From NCBI GenBank assembly GCA_976226885.1, contig OZ320315.1, positions 53,630,001-53,694,000 on the forward strand: 64,000 nt of DNA. Direction: 5' to 3'. Made by a program: the position numbers and the translations under genes. Each line of letters starts with the position of its first letter. Position 1 is the stretch's first letter. A model generated the notes under the pieces. It saw only the letters and a list, made by a program, of their open reading frames with translations, did not search any database and had not been told where the DNA came from. Below, piece by piece: positions 49,271-63,780 of the stretch. The DNA comes from Iphione sp. A-MEVVRFRX5. Lineage: Eukaryota.

Positions 49271-52200
49271 AAGGCGAGTAGCTCATGGCGAGCAGGTGCA
49301 TTGATGAGCAGCTCGCACCATGGGTCACTGGCTGCATGGTACAGGCAGGTGACTGCCGAGCACCTCCCACCGTTTCCCGCTGATAGATTATCGTCACCGT
49401 TCTGGCGGACACTTCCCCGTCGGTGGGAATCGGTGGGGGCAGAGCAGCGGGCGGATCGTCAACTCGTCAATTACCACAGAGGCGTCTCTGGCGGTGATGG
49501 GGCTGCTGGCGACGGCAAGTGCTGCGCCGTGCCGCAGACGTGGCGAACAAACAAGGCTAATTGGAAGCCCACAAAATGACTCGTGCTGCCCCCTTGTATG
49601 AAAAAATGATGCCGACTGTGCATTGTTAGTACCCCGACTCCTCCGGTCCCTGGAGCGCTCACAGCCGGCCGGCCGGCCAGCCTCCCTGCCAGCCTGCCTG
49701 AGTTCAACAGTGCCGCTAGATGGGCGTAGGAGCTCAGACCTTGCAGCTCAAACGAGTCTCCATGCCGTGCGATAGTAGTGGCGTCTGATTGTCTATCAGT
49801 TTAATAATATTCGTCCGGTCAGAAAGGTCGCACCTGCAAGCCCCGCGTAGTAAATTACATCAAGTTTATCTTGACGGGTCGGCTAGCCGTGGTCGCCGCG
49901 ACGGCGGTGTGTGTATATGAAAGATCAGTTAATCCAGCGCCTGTTTTGCACTCCATCCAGGAGGCGGTACATGTTAGGCACTGGAAATTGGGGCCATACA
50001 TCACGACAGCGTCGGGCGGCGCGCGTGCTCGCGTCATACTGACGGACAGCGCGGCGGCCGACGCCGCGTGTTGCGGATGATTGCTTCCCAGAAAGGTCAC
50101 GACCTCCGGCCGTCCCGTCGCGCCGGCAAAAAGACGAAGGCGCGTCCCGACTGGCGGGCGAGATTGTGGGCGCCGGCTCTAGCGGGTCTGAGGCTGAAAT
50201 CTCCCCGAGTCGGCGATGCGCGAGAAGCCTATCGGCAGAGAGTGGAGGCTGTGAGGATTCTCAACGGCGAGCAAACCGGACTTGTGAAGGAGATGTGTAA
50301 TGGGAACATCTTTGACTAGAAATAAAAGAAGCTTTGGTGTGCCATTTGCTCCTGTACTGCGGTTAGCTTTCTGGCCAGGCTGTTACAGTGACATGCATAA
50401 TACCTTTTCATGTATGGCATTCGTAGCAAATCATCACTCTATGTCATGAACGTCGGAATGCGAAACTTGTGATTCGTGCGGCACGTCACGTATGTTTCGT
50501 CTTCATAAGTGGAACTTTTCCGCTAGCAGTTTGTTTCAAATGTCGGGGTAGAACGTGCGTGCTTGATTCGTCTTTGACATGGCGGCGGCAAACGTTCAGC
50601 TCTGGAAATACAAAGAAAAAGGGCGAGCCAGTCGTCAATCGATTATCAAGCTATCTTAGTGCTGTCACCTCTACAGAGGGCGTCAGCATCAGCCTATAGA
50701 TAAGAGGGGAGATGAGGTATTAGCAATGTATATACTTGCTCTCCTAGAGAGATTAACAGCAGTTGAAAGTTTGTGCGCTGTTTACATTATACATCAATCA
50801 CAGAAAAAAATAGTACTTTGATCCTGTATTAACCATGTCTTTAGACGTGTTCGTGTTTCGGACGGATAGATGAAAAAGATTGCAATCTTCAGATTTTGAT
50901 AAACTTTGGTATAGAATAACAGTCACCAACAGAGCAAAGAAGATATTTTTTATCAAAAAAATTATGTGCACATTGTGTTCATGCCCTGGATAATCAGAGT
51001 GGTCACTATGTACTTGTCGTTCGCCATTCGCTTTCAATCACCATGCAGTTAGTTACACCGTCTCCTTTTTGATCTCACAGCAATAGAACAGAAATTTAGA
51101 ACAAAAATACGGGACAAAGAATGGGTAGAACTTCCTTTGCGTATATGTATGTTGAATAAAGCCAATTAAGCATAGAATCCACCATACGAAACCTACGTCT
51201 GTCTTTTCAGCATTAATCAGACGAAAGCTAACCCTAACACGAAGTGCATATTTACGGGGCTACTAACAGAAGTAGGAAAGCCAATTTCTTGCTGTCTGAT
51301 TTTCAATGGCAGCCGTTCGGATTGTGTTGCGCCGAGGGCAATTATACGAATTTATGATCCTTTTTGAACCATCGCTGGTCTTCGTGCCGACGACGGTCAG
51401 CCCACCACGTGTGCCGGCTCTTTCTGTAAAACACGAGCACACAGGACAGCCTCCGGGTTACGGCCGTAGAGAGTGATCCGTGATCTGGGCGCGGCGAAGA
51501 AAGCCAGCATATGGCAGCGATAAGCACCCATCATCCTTCCCTCATCTGGCCACAAACAATGGCCGCCTCCAGCCGACGGTAATTGCTCCACCCAGGAGTC
51601 TGTCACACGATACCATCACACCATTCCACGCAGCGATTTGTCGCCGAGCGACTGAGGACTACCCTCCTCATGACTACACGTTGTTACTATGGTCTCCATG
51701 CCCAGGATGGATATACCCATAATTAAGCAACATCCTTCTGGCTGTTTTTTATATACATGTATATACTTGTGTATATGTTTCGGCTGTGGCTCTTCGTCTT
51801 GGGCTATTAAATTTTTTAATATTCTTCGGCATCTGGAGAGATTGATAGGATGAATGTGTTGCTCACATAAATAAAGGATTGCTACAAGGAAGCAAGCGAT
51901 TTGTGGTGCCTACATTTAACATGCCGATTACAGCCAGGCCATGAGTATGATGAATGGTGGGTGCGGCGGCAGCTCGGCGGTAGTATATCGCGGAAAGCCC
52001 TTAAAATCGCTCGGCGAGAGGGCGTGTGTGTGAAAGAATGGATCATGGGAAAAGTAGCAAAAGCCTTGCCAGGCCTCTTTATAACATTCGGGCGGCGTGT
52101 GAAAATCACCAGCTCGCCGTGCTGCTCGGGGTGACATGCCTACATGTGAATGTCAGAACTCATAGGGGAACGCCGGGTCTCGATCATATTTCACGCTTGT

Positions 52201-55200
52201 TCGGGGGGAACCAAACATTTAGATCTCCCCAACCGTGTGTTAAACAAACAGTTTACACGCCCCACAACAGCCGTCCGATATATTACAAATGTCACATCTT
52301 GGTATTTATGAGCTGACTTCTGAACACGTGCCATTCTGCAGGGTTCCCCCATCAAAAGAAAGGGCAAGGAAACATTGAGGCCCATTTGTCTACACATCTC
52401 TTAGTACATTATGCATAGACAAACAACTGTTACGATGGAACGGATGGTTATTATTGCAATGGTTTTTACTGTTTGAAGCCCTCCGTGAACATGGTGTGAT
52501 TCGTTCATATCTATGTACAACTGATGAAAAAGTGAATGGTTTTGAAGCTTATATCCAGGTACCTCTACCAAGGTTTGCGGCAGATTCTAGTGACTGCGCG
52601 CATGGAATGTGGTTAAGCACCCAACTCAGTCTCGCCTATTTGTTTCTCTTGTTGAGAGGCTGTCCAAAACTGCACACAGTTGCTCTTTATCTCCAGCAGC
52701 AATCTATTGCCTCCTCACCTGTTTCTCCTCTTTTCCCTTCTGAAGCACACAGAGTCGAAGCTGCTTACCAAGTTTCACAGGAGCTTGCTGACCCCGTTCT
52801 ATCCATCTTTGTGTTTATCACTGGGGCTTTCAGAGGTGGCCCCCGGACTGATACATATATAAAGCTCAAGTAGGCGCTGATGGACCGGACTGACACTCAT
52901 CTATCTGACACAGCCCTTCTAGTGGAGTCTGGCTCAGCAGGGCCAGGTGCCCAGCGCCCCCTACCTGCCTGAGACGAGACAAGGGTCAGTAGGCAGGCGT
53001 CAAGGTCAGTTTACTCCTAAGAATCCGTTCAGTGTTGAACGAAAGTAGGGGGAGTGTCGGTGGAGCACAAAAAGAGGACCCACTCCCCTCCCGCGCGTCT
53101 ATGTACGCCATTGATCAAGGCTTTCTGGAAATATCGTGTAATTCGCGACATTAATAGATGTACATTCAGAGTCTGGAGTCATTATAAGCCAGCGGTGTGC
53201 CACCGAACAGTGGGTGATTTGCTGCCATTGACAGAACTTATATTCGATACATAGCGAGGGACATCGATCACAACAGAGCAATTGATAACGGCATTTCAAT
53301 TTGAAATGGAACTTAATTTCACCGTTGAAAGCAGGCACAATGAGCGAATTGCAGGCTTGGTTAGACTCCCACTACTACCGGTTTGCAGGAGGCCCGTTAC
53401 CGGGCGTGTGAGTGAGAGGAAGGTTGGTGGGTTGGTGGGTGGGTGGGGCTTCTATATTGAACCCTAACTCTACCAGACTGGTTGCGTGTGTTGTAAATCT
53501 ATAGTTTGTGCGCTTGACCAGAGGCACGAGTCGATAGGACGCCCAGCCTACCCGTCACATTCGTCGGCATTAACGACTCTGCTCCCTGCTGGTTCCATTC
53601 TATGATACAACACTAGCTGGAGGTGTGGGCCAAAAACCACACGCAACAGCCGCTGCGGTTTGCTTTATGAGAAGGAGTATGAGGACGAAGACGAAGAGGA
53701 GTAGTCCTCCACCAATTTTCGCTCTGCCCGTAACCATCGACTCAGTGGCCACCCTCTAGGTGTCGAGGAGGGGGTGCTAGTCGCTAATGGTGGGTACAGG
53801 CGAGGGGGTGTGGTGGTCGTGAGATGAATGATGGCCTATAGGATCACCAGGCGGTTGAGGTGAACACTGCACGTACTATGATCACTGCAGGAAGGTGTCA
53901 GGGAGGGTTTCGATTCAAAGATTTCGCATGACAAGCTGTGAACGACCGCAGTCCGCATTAGGCTAAAGTACAACAAAAATGTACTTATTAGGTTCGGTAT
54001 AAGGACCGTTCCGTTGTTCTTTTTTTATACAAACCGATGTACATGTACATGCATCATGAGTTACCCGCATATATACCCGGCTAGCCCGACGCTTACTCTA
54101 CTGTGACAATAGTCTACAATAGCACTATCATTGTCAGATCGGTGTCAGTTAACTTTCCATTTCCACATAATTTACTAATGCTCGTTTTACTTTGTGGTCA
54201 CCCCCTTTTTGGTATAAGCTTTCAGTGACAGGTATTGGTCGAATTTATTTATATAAATGTATCTAATGCCATATGAAACATGTCTGTGCCTGAAGGAGGC
54301 GCGCACATCTGTAGCCATCTCGACCTTTTCACCCTGTTCTAACGTGTACACAATCAATACTGTAGCTAAAAATAGTGGTTATATAGGGTTATTCTCAAGG
54401 GAATGCCAAGGACGACCTGTCCTTCCATCCAGTGCTGTTCGTTCTCTACGAAGAGCAAGACTTTTAAGACATGGAAGGGCGCTGCTGGTGCAGTTTGAGG
54501 TGGAGCGGCCATAAGCAGCCCGCGTCCCCGGGCAGGCAGCGCCGCCTGGTGCTGGTGGGTGGTGGGGCTGGTGGTGATCCAACGCGATGAAATCTGCGGA
54601 CCATATAAATCACGGCCTGTCTGGAGCCGGTAACAAAGAACAACGGATGGTTGTTGCGTCGTCCGCTAGCTGCGTTGACCGATGGGTCTAGGGACCCCCG
54701 TGTCTTACATGAATAGCTACAGAAGCCAAAGCGACCCGATCACTGGCAATATTGTGTTTTTGATGCATTTGCCGTTATCAATCTCGGCATCACTTTACCT
54801 CCATCACTGCCTGTCTCCGCCTCAGACATACTGTTGCTATTAGAAAGATATGGGATGGAGGCAGATTGAAGGCATCCTCTGAATATCATCATCCTTAGAC
54901 CGGGAGAGACACGTTCTATTATTCAGAGTACGGCGACTGTTGCTATCAGTATCGACAGACCATGTTAATTTCAAGCTAGTACCGATCGATCTTAGATAAT
55001 GACATATGTTATAATATCTATACACACATATGGGAGTTTTGGACGTTCCATCATCTGCCTTTAATGGTGCCAGTAAAGAAGCCATCTTTATTTCTATCTC
55101 ATGACCTCCCTGCTATCGCGTAGCAATCAATCACGAAGCCACTGCCCTCCCTCCCCTACCCTACGTAAGCCCCCCCCCCCCTTCCGCCATCTTCCTCCCT

Positions 55201-58200
55201 CGCCTTCACGGTACTCATGGACAACCTGCTAGGTCAGAACTGCCCCCCTTGCTCGTACTCCCTGCCTCTCATCAGGCCTGAAACTCAACTTATTTGACAA
55301 TTAGCGCTGGAAGGACTTGCCTGTGGCAGCGGTGATTTGTTTGGGGAGCTAGTGGGGGCGGGATGGGATTAAACAAAGAGGCTGGTAATTACCCGGCCAA
55401 GTGGGCGACGGTGGCGATGGACATTGTTTGAGAGAGGCGCCCGGTGAGGCGGGCGAGGGCTCAACGTGGACTGGTGTGGCTGCTGCTGGGTGTGGCCTGA
55501 CATGGCCGAGCAGAGAACCCCGCCAGTCATATTGGTCTTGGTGCTCATCTCTCTAATGGAGAGAGCCGGCCGCCAGATCGCCGATGCCTCCAAGTCTGTC
55601 AGGCGAGATTACTTGCTCGACCCATCCGGCTTCATGGCGGCCTAATTGTAAGTCAATAATGTAGATTGAATTGTGAAAGGATCAGGAAGGATTGGCTCGA
55701 ACTGATGTTGGCATTTTCTCTGCGCCCACGTCTCCGCCTACTGGTTATTGACACGATCTGTGTAGTCTTTGCAAACTGTGTGAGTTTCAGTTTGCCCCCA
55801 ACCTCCTTCACCAACATCCCTACCTTCTACTGCCCCTCCCCTCCCCATCCCATCACCACCAACAACCTCCCAATTCTTTTCCCTGGCACAGACACACTCA
55901 CTCGTCCGACATCACATCATCGCGTCGTTGGCGGCCGGATTTATTAGATCGTTGATGGGAGGTAGTCGTGGGTTCCGCCTTTTCACCGTGCCGCCTGTGT
56001 GGGAGCGTCGGGACAGTGGTGCTGAAAGCTGGTGGAAGGCTCGATCACCAACTCGCTCGCCTGTCTCGGCGCTACCTCGCCCGCGCGTTGAGCGACTTCG
56101 CGCCACGAGCCCGGCCAATAGAGGCAGGCCGAGTTTCGCGCGGACGATATCGGCCGGAAAAGTGGCATTATGAAGGATTTTGTATGGATCTTTGTGAGGC
56201 GGTTTGTCATTGTGTGACTAGGGGAACGGGGCCCCAAGGACCGCCACGGGGAGTTGCCGCTGTTATCACCGCCTATCTTTCATCTGGCGTGCAGGGAGGC
56301 GGGCGCCGAATCCGGCAGGTCCTTCGAGCGCTTATTCATTACAGACTGGGCCCCTTTTATCGCTCACCCTTTTGGTATAAACACTGTCAGTCGGCCACAC
56401 AAAACTCCGTTATCTTCCATTGGCCGCCAACGTCGCAAATGGCTACAAATATCGATTTTCCTGCAAAGCTACTGCCCCTCTCGAACTCACTAAGGGGGAA
56501 AAGCAGAACGACGATACAATTACCGCGTCAACAATTAAAGGCTTTCCCCAACTATTATCAATTACGGAAACAAAGGCTTTAATCAGAAGTCTGCTATGTA
56601 CAGCAGCGAATACAAGTGGGGAGTGCGGAAAATATTACGTATTGTTCCGAGATCTAATTGATAGATCGTCCGTTTGAGAGTTGCATACAGCCATTAGAAT
56701 TATTGCAACGATGTAACACATTGTAGACATTTAATCACAAGCTATGGCAACTTCATTTGTTATCATTTTGATAAAGTACCAGGTAAATATGTCACTGTGC
56801 CATGGGTATTGTTTTGTAGATACATTGTACATACTGGGACATTCCCTATTTATTATTTTGGGACAGAAGCCAGAGTGTGCATCAAAAATTTACTTAATGA
56901 AATTTTCACGTTACAGACCGCATGGCCATTCCTCCATTTCATAGAGAGATAATGTAATCTGGAGGGGTCTGGCATGTAATAACCTTAAATCACCAGCCAG
57001 TCTATGACCGATCACAACGTACATGTACATGTTGCCATTAGAGTCGCATCTACTAGAAAGAAATGCACCTTGCTTCATACTCCTTATAAAAACGCTGCGG
57101 TCTCTGACAGTTCATTATTAATCATATTACTAGTCACTACGTTCCAGCGTAACAGTATTGCGCCTTGCCATGGTCTAATCCCATGGCTTTACGTCAGTTA
57201 AACGACTAGGAAGTAGTGTTTTTACCACTTTTGCTGAACACTACTACGATTTCCGTCACACGTAGTAAGGAGAAAAAGGGAAGATGCACTGGAGTTTGAA
57301 ATAAGCTGTGCTCGGCCATCCTCATCCGGCTTTATTTGGTCATTTAATATACAGTCTTGACGGCTTCATGTACTTTACTTCAATTTCAGTTGACCACCCC
57401 CTCCCCCCCCACACTTTCCTCGCCACTGCCCCCAGACAGCCTCCCCCCTAGATTCATTATCGCTGCCTGTCGAACGTGAACACCTTGCTGAGATTTGTTC
57501 TCGTAGTCTTGCAAGGCCGCGAGAGGACGGCGGTATCAGTCGGCAGTATCGGGCATGCGCAGATGAAGGCTGCGGTGACTGCGATCCATCACGCCGAGTC
57601 TCGTCGATTACCGCCGGCTGTCAGCCTTAATTCTGACATGCTATTCCGAACCGATCCATTTCCACTCGTGATCGGCGAGCACACACGTCCAACCAGAATG
57701 AATTACTTTTCCAAACATGCAGATCTTCCTGGGTTTTTTTTCCTTCCTGCCGCTCTCCCTCCCTCCCTAGGCCGGAGGCGTCGAACCAGAGCCTTGTATG
57801 CGGACATTCCTACCCCGTCAAGGGCGATTTTTGGCTGTTGGTAGAACAGCAAAGAAAACCGGGTATTGCGAGTACTTCCTAACACATGTTGCTTCCCTTG
57901 GGGATGTCCAACAGCCCTCAAGACTGACGTCTGCTGATGTGGCATTGATGCTTATTTGTGACAAGGTGTCGCTGTCTGCAGCCCCAGATAAGGATCAGTT
58001 CTAAGGAGGCATACAAAGATCCATTAGCTAACGTCATATAAAAATATTGAGATAAGTCAGTTTTTGCTTAGGGAAGCTCTCCCAGTGCCTTGTGTTCATG
58101 CCGCGCGCCATTAAATTGCTCCAGGCGAGGCGGGAGCCGGCGCCAGAGGTGAGCAGCTCTAGGAGCAGCACGCAAGAAGTCGCCCGCTCGGCATCATCCA

Positions 58201-61200
58201 TAAAAGGACGCTGCTCCATAGCAGTTGCCTCCGCACTTACCGGTAGGAAATCGGCGGGAACGTGGTCGCACTCCAAGCTGGTATAGATAGAGAGCAAGTG
58301 CCACTCTGGGTATCATAGCTCCCTGTCTTTCATTAATTACTGCACTTCCAGCACTTCCCCGTCGTACTCCATTGGTCAAGATAGTACGCTGACAGCAGCA
58401 AAGTGGCCTAACCCTGTAATATGAGGGCCTTCCGTGTCTCCTGTGCTGTTACTGTATCCTTTGAGTATATCTCTAGGACATCATAAAGGTCATGAAATGG
58501 GGGGGGGGGGGACTGGAGATCTGGTGACAGTATACAGACGCACTATAGAATGATGCCTGCGATAGGAGCAAGGCTAACATCTGCCTCCCTCCCACCATTA
58601 AATGATATATACGTGTACATGTATATGGAAGCTTTCCATCAATATCTTGCCTACGAAAGTAATATTCATCGTGTTTCTCATTATTTCTCATCGTCAGGAT
58701 GCCATTAGAAACTGTAGGAGCCCCAGGAGGAAAATACTTCTGTAAGCTGCTTTGTTTCTTATCTTCAGTTGATGTAATTATTTCATTTTCGTGATGCAGC
58801 AACGAGGGAGAAGGGAGAGAAGAGACTTGTCTTAGATGGCTGGAGTGTATATATAAATGTATATATACTTGAACGATGAAGCGTTGGTCTGTGCCGAGGC
58901 TGTGATCTGTCATTGTCAGAGGAGGGAAACACGGGGAACAATAGGCGTCAAGTCGATCGTGAGGATCCGTCTCCCTGAGGGCGAGACGGATCCAAGATTT
59001 ACATCGCTGTCAGCCAGGTGCAGGCAGTTTATCCGCCCTGCCGTCTACCATTAATCCTGCATGCGACATTGAATCTGCTAGTCATCATAAAGTATGCTAT
59101 TTTGCTTCAACACTGCTGATAATTGAAGCGCAAGTGGCGCAATGCTCACCCTCTAGAAGCTCAGTTAAAGGCGCTTTAATTTCGTCTATAAAATGATAGG
59201 GTCTTACATGAGAAGAGAAACATGTATTATGGGAATAGTATACGCACGGTAAACTGTGGCGTTTTTCCCCGAAACTTGTTCAGGCAGTTTAGAAATTGGA
59301 GTGTGCGAAATTACATAAGCAATGGCTACAACACTGTCGACGCGCAGCAAGATCCTAATATGTTCTCTAATCTCATTGCTTTTTTTCCATATCCCCTTGC
59401 CACTGCTCTCGACGCTGAACGGTTTCCGCAATAATCGCCTCAATTCCATAAAGTCAGTTCGGAACGTCAGACGTTGACTCCTCATGAATATTCACGGCGG
59501 TTATTTTTATGCCCCCTCCTACCTTCCGGCGTCTCTTGTGTTATGTTGACGTGAGTGGATTTACATATTGTCCGTTTTTGTCCGTCTTCATTTTAAATTC
59601 TATCAAGGCCTTGCGAATGACAGGCGAGTTAATAGGGGTCCCATATGGTAGATGCAACGGGGGTACATTACAGCATGATTGAAGCTTATCAATACATCTG
59701 CAGATGGATGTCTATAATGACATATATACACAGTCTCATCATGATTTGCCATACCTTTGGGTAGTCGGGCGGCTGAATCTACTCGGGATTCTGTGCCCGA
59801 TTTGCGTTTTTACAGCGGATATGACTAGTAAATTATATTCCATACTACAAGCTGTAGTGCCTTTCGTATTTAGTGTATATAGAAGACTGAATATCTTATC
59901 CCCCCGACAATACATGTGCTAGTACATCAAGTGGTGTGAGAGTGGTGCTTGTGTACATCCACAGCGGGCAGTTCGTCCTTGACGAACCCAAGCAGAAGAC
60001 ACGTACATATAAACCAACTGTTGCGACCAACGCCGCACTTACGTCACGGTACACAGCTGTGATTCCTTGAACTGTGGTTCATTCTGACCACTGACATAGA
60101 CTGCATAATTCGACACAACTGACACAAAGTGGACTTTCCACATAAAGGAGCATATGACGTAAAGAGACGAACCTTGCATCTGAGTCACTTCATACTCAAG
60201 ATGTTCATATGGCCTAGTTGGTATGGTGATCATTGATGAACATATCTCTGTAAAACTTAGATTGAAGTGCTATAGATGGTGTTTGATGAACGAGAAGGGG
60301 TGGTCTTCTGTTAGAACCTCTTCATTTACGTGTTAGGGGAGGTAGCTTTCGATAAATCCAGATGAAAACACATTGAGCGAACCTCTGTAACACCTAAGAA
60401 ACGTCATCGTTATTTGTTTTTTTTAGAGTCAAATCTTAATCCTATTACAGACATATATCATTCGCTTCCCCTCAAACAAGCCAGAAGAGGAAAAATAAAG
60501 TACATGTAATTGTTTCCTGAGGCAGGACTTTCGAGGAAATGTTCTTGACGATTGTACAAGTAGTTTTAAAATCTTGTCACTTATGGAGCGAGGCAGACAT
60601 TATGAGTGTAAACCAGCGTGAGGCAGATGGGCATAAAAATGTTTGCTTCCTCTGTGCGCGAGTGCGGCATTCCTTGTCGAGTAGGGAGGAGAAAGGTGGG
60701 TCAGAAGTGGGTCAGGCGAAGGTAAACACGCCTGGCTGGGCTGTTTGATCTGCACGGACTGGAGGCACGCGTGTAGAGGTGTCCCCATCTGACTGATCAA
60801 CTTTCCACTGAAGCTGCCAAGACCGAGAAGTTTTTGTGTTTTTTTTTGTTGGCGGGGGGAGGGCAGAAGTGGGTGGGTGTTGCTGTAGGTGAGCCAGGTG
60901 GTCACTGTTTGACGTAAAACGCCTGGCAGCCGGTAGGGGTCACTCTAACGGATAATGGGGTTACATTTAAACAAAGACTGACCAACAGGTTGTTCACTCC
61001 CTCCCTACCTCCCAGCCCATTCACCCTCCCTCCCACCCCAGTCACCTTCACCCCAAAATCCGCCCTGATCCACTTTCGTCCACCCAACCTACACGCATTC
61101 TACACAGGTGAAGCAGTCCTAGGCAGAGATCACCTAAGTAACGCCAGCACAAAAGGTGTTCTATTTACGCGGTGAATACTGGTTGCCAGCGCAACTACAA

Positions 61201-62939
61201 AACATTGTAGCATGGCACGGAACATCGGAAGCGCTAATCATTGAAGGCGTCTCTAGATTTTCCTCTGAGGAGTAAGCCTCAAGACTCTTCCCCAGCGACA
61301 GGAAACTTTATATCTGTGGGGTGTGACAAAATAGGGTGTGGTTGACACACTAACCTGCTACACAAGACACCGTGAGAAAGACACCTGAATACAAAGCAAT
61401 TTATAAAAGGCGAAAAAAGCCCACCAGCGCCTTTTCATTTGTTTGCTCCTGTGATCCCTTATTAGCGTCCTCTTATTTTTCAGTCAGACTTTTCGTACAT
61501 CTTGATTGAAATGGGTAGTCTGGTTCTTGACCATCTCCTGTTGGCTTCTTTTTATGTATCAGAATACATTTCCTGTTGAGGACACCTTCCTTAAAGGAGG
61601 AGGACACGGACATCGCTGGCTGTGGTGCATGCTGCACAGAAGCCCTAGACCGTTCAGAGTCACAGGGTCCCGTACAGTGTAGTAGATCAGAGCTGTAGAA
61701 GCATTTGCCAACGTTACAGGGTTGCACTAGAGAGAATTTGCCTGATCCTTCTTTCTGTACACGGGTAAGCGACTTGTACAGGTAGGTAGGTTTTCAGATG
61801 AACCGGAGATGGTGGCGTCCTCTGAAGTTCTGAAGGACAATGGGAGAATGAAAGCCTTCACCATACAGACAATCAATACGTGTGCATCATACCGCATGGA
61901 TAAGCTGTAAATAGTACATTTCACAAACGCGGATTGGCATTTCCATTACACCGTGTTGAGGAGAAAGGCAAAGAGGTATAAAAGGTTGAAATGTATTATG
62001 TGCGATGACTGTCATTTTCCTTTAATGGACATGTGTTGCATTTTAGTATTTAATCAACTTATAGTTTAAAAATGTTGGATTGATGGAATTATAGATTGAG
62101 AAGCACATGGAACACTATAACATCGTCTGAGTGAATGTAGTCCTATATACATTGTACTGCAATACATAATGGCCTAGCAAGGTCAGAAAGAGCTTCCAAA
62201 CGATTAGATAATAACGTATATGTAATCTCGTATGCTGTATTTAATGCGGTACTTGCCTGCGCTCGCCGGGTTGTTAGGCACTCTGTACTTTGACATCCTC
62301 CCACCCCTCCGATTTGTGCAGTGATACTATTTCTTGTAAAGTCGAACATCTGGGCGAGATTTCCCCTTGGCCAAACTACTTTCAGGTAATGTTTTATATA
62401 GGTAGTGTAACAAGAAAAATGTTCTATTCACGTCATTTAGTTTATAGCTTTGGGAAGTGGTCCATTTTTCATCTTAAAGACACTTCTTTTGAATGTTCGT
62501 TCTTGTTCTTACATGGAGTATTTTACTCTTGATGACGGCTATCAGCTCGACATCATTTCTATTATACTTGAGTAGTGTGGCCCTGGTACCGGTAGCAGCG
62601 CCATGTTTACTTGGGAGTTGGGCTGATGCCCACGCTACACTTGAGGAAACCTGTGCCAATATTCGATTCCCTCGGAGAACGCTCTCGGCTGGGTGTCACC
62701 TTCCACAGTGTGGGTCGAAATGTTGAAGTAGATTCATCACTGGTCCTTTCAGACTCCACTTCACACACCGTAGAATACATGGAAGACATTTGTAGCCGTA
62801 GAAAAACTTGGATATATTTCATAATCCAGCCTCCCTTGCAAATGGATCTTTATATTCTGAGGGCCAGTTTCCATAAGTGCATTAATGTATATGATTTATA
62901 TAAAATTTGGGTTTATATTGCCTAAAGACAGACACAGCT

Positions 62940-63780
62940 TGCTAATTTCATGCATTTTAGACAAGGAGAACTGCACAACAGTGTAAAATTCACAAAATAG
63001 TGCACGATAGTGAAATAACTCATAAAAAGTATAACATGGCAAATAGCTCAAGAAAATCTGTACAACATTATAAATAACTCACAAAAAAACATACAACAGG
63101 GCAAATTGCAAGTAAAAATGCAGGACAGTGTAAATAACTCAGGATTACTTGTGCCATTAGGCTCGATTTCCATGTGCACATGTTTTCATGGGTGCATAAG
63201 CATGTTTGCAGTGTGTTTTTGGAATACATGAATGTATATGTTTCTATGTACACATGGGGTGTGTGGCATGTTTTTATGGGTGTGTTTTTAAAATGGGACG
63301 TCCCGTTTTTCATGGTGACGGCCGTGTTTCTGTAAGAAGTTTAAGAAAAGTGGGAGCGAAATACATGTATGTTTCTTTAAAAAAAAAACACCTTATTTCT
63401 ACATATTACTGCACATTACGGTACATTACAGTGCATGTAATCATCAAATTCACCATTTCTCGGCTGAATTTCGATGAAATTCACCATTTTTCAGCTGAAT
63501 TGCCATGGAATTTGCCACTTTTGGCTAAATTTAGCTGTAATTCACAGTTTTTTGCTGAGTATACATGAACTGTGCCTTTTTTCACCATTTTTTGGCCGTT
63601 TGCCTGATTTTTGCCTCCTTTCACTCGAATTTGCCTGATTTGAGCTAATTTCCAGTTTTCCTGTGTTTTCATGGAAGAAAAACATGTCATGCATGTTATG
63701 CTCCCACCGTGAAAAGCGTTTCTACAGTGGTTATCAGATAAACTTCCATGCCCATGAAAACATGCTTTATGGCAGCTTAC
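62940..63780. repeat. Repeat-derived segment: CATG-rich dispersed repeat plus a degenerate tandem repeat of about 30 bp
   Basis: taggctcgatttccatgtgc (63158-63177) matches 27222-27241 in inverted orientation; aaattcaccattt...gctgaatt units at about 63447-63570. Confidence 0.5.

Noticed and set aside
49871-50319. ORFs in the CpG-rich patch
   Set aside because: No recognisable domain or splice framework; more likely regulatory or untranslated.
52454-52873. 139-aa open frame
   Set aside because: No ATG and no domain; a few ORFs of this length are expected by chance in 64 kb of six-frame sequence.
55968-56582. 204-aa open frame
   Set aside because: Arg/Pro/Gly-rich, low-information translation of GC-rich DNA with no ATG start or motif.
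61165-61180. ACGCGGTGAAT resembling part of miR-124
   Set aside because: Only a partial match, the seed is absent, and no hairpin was seen.
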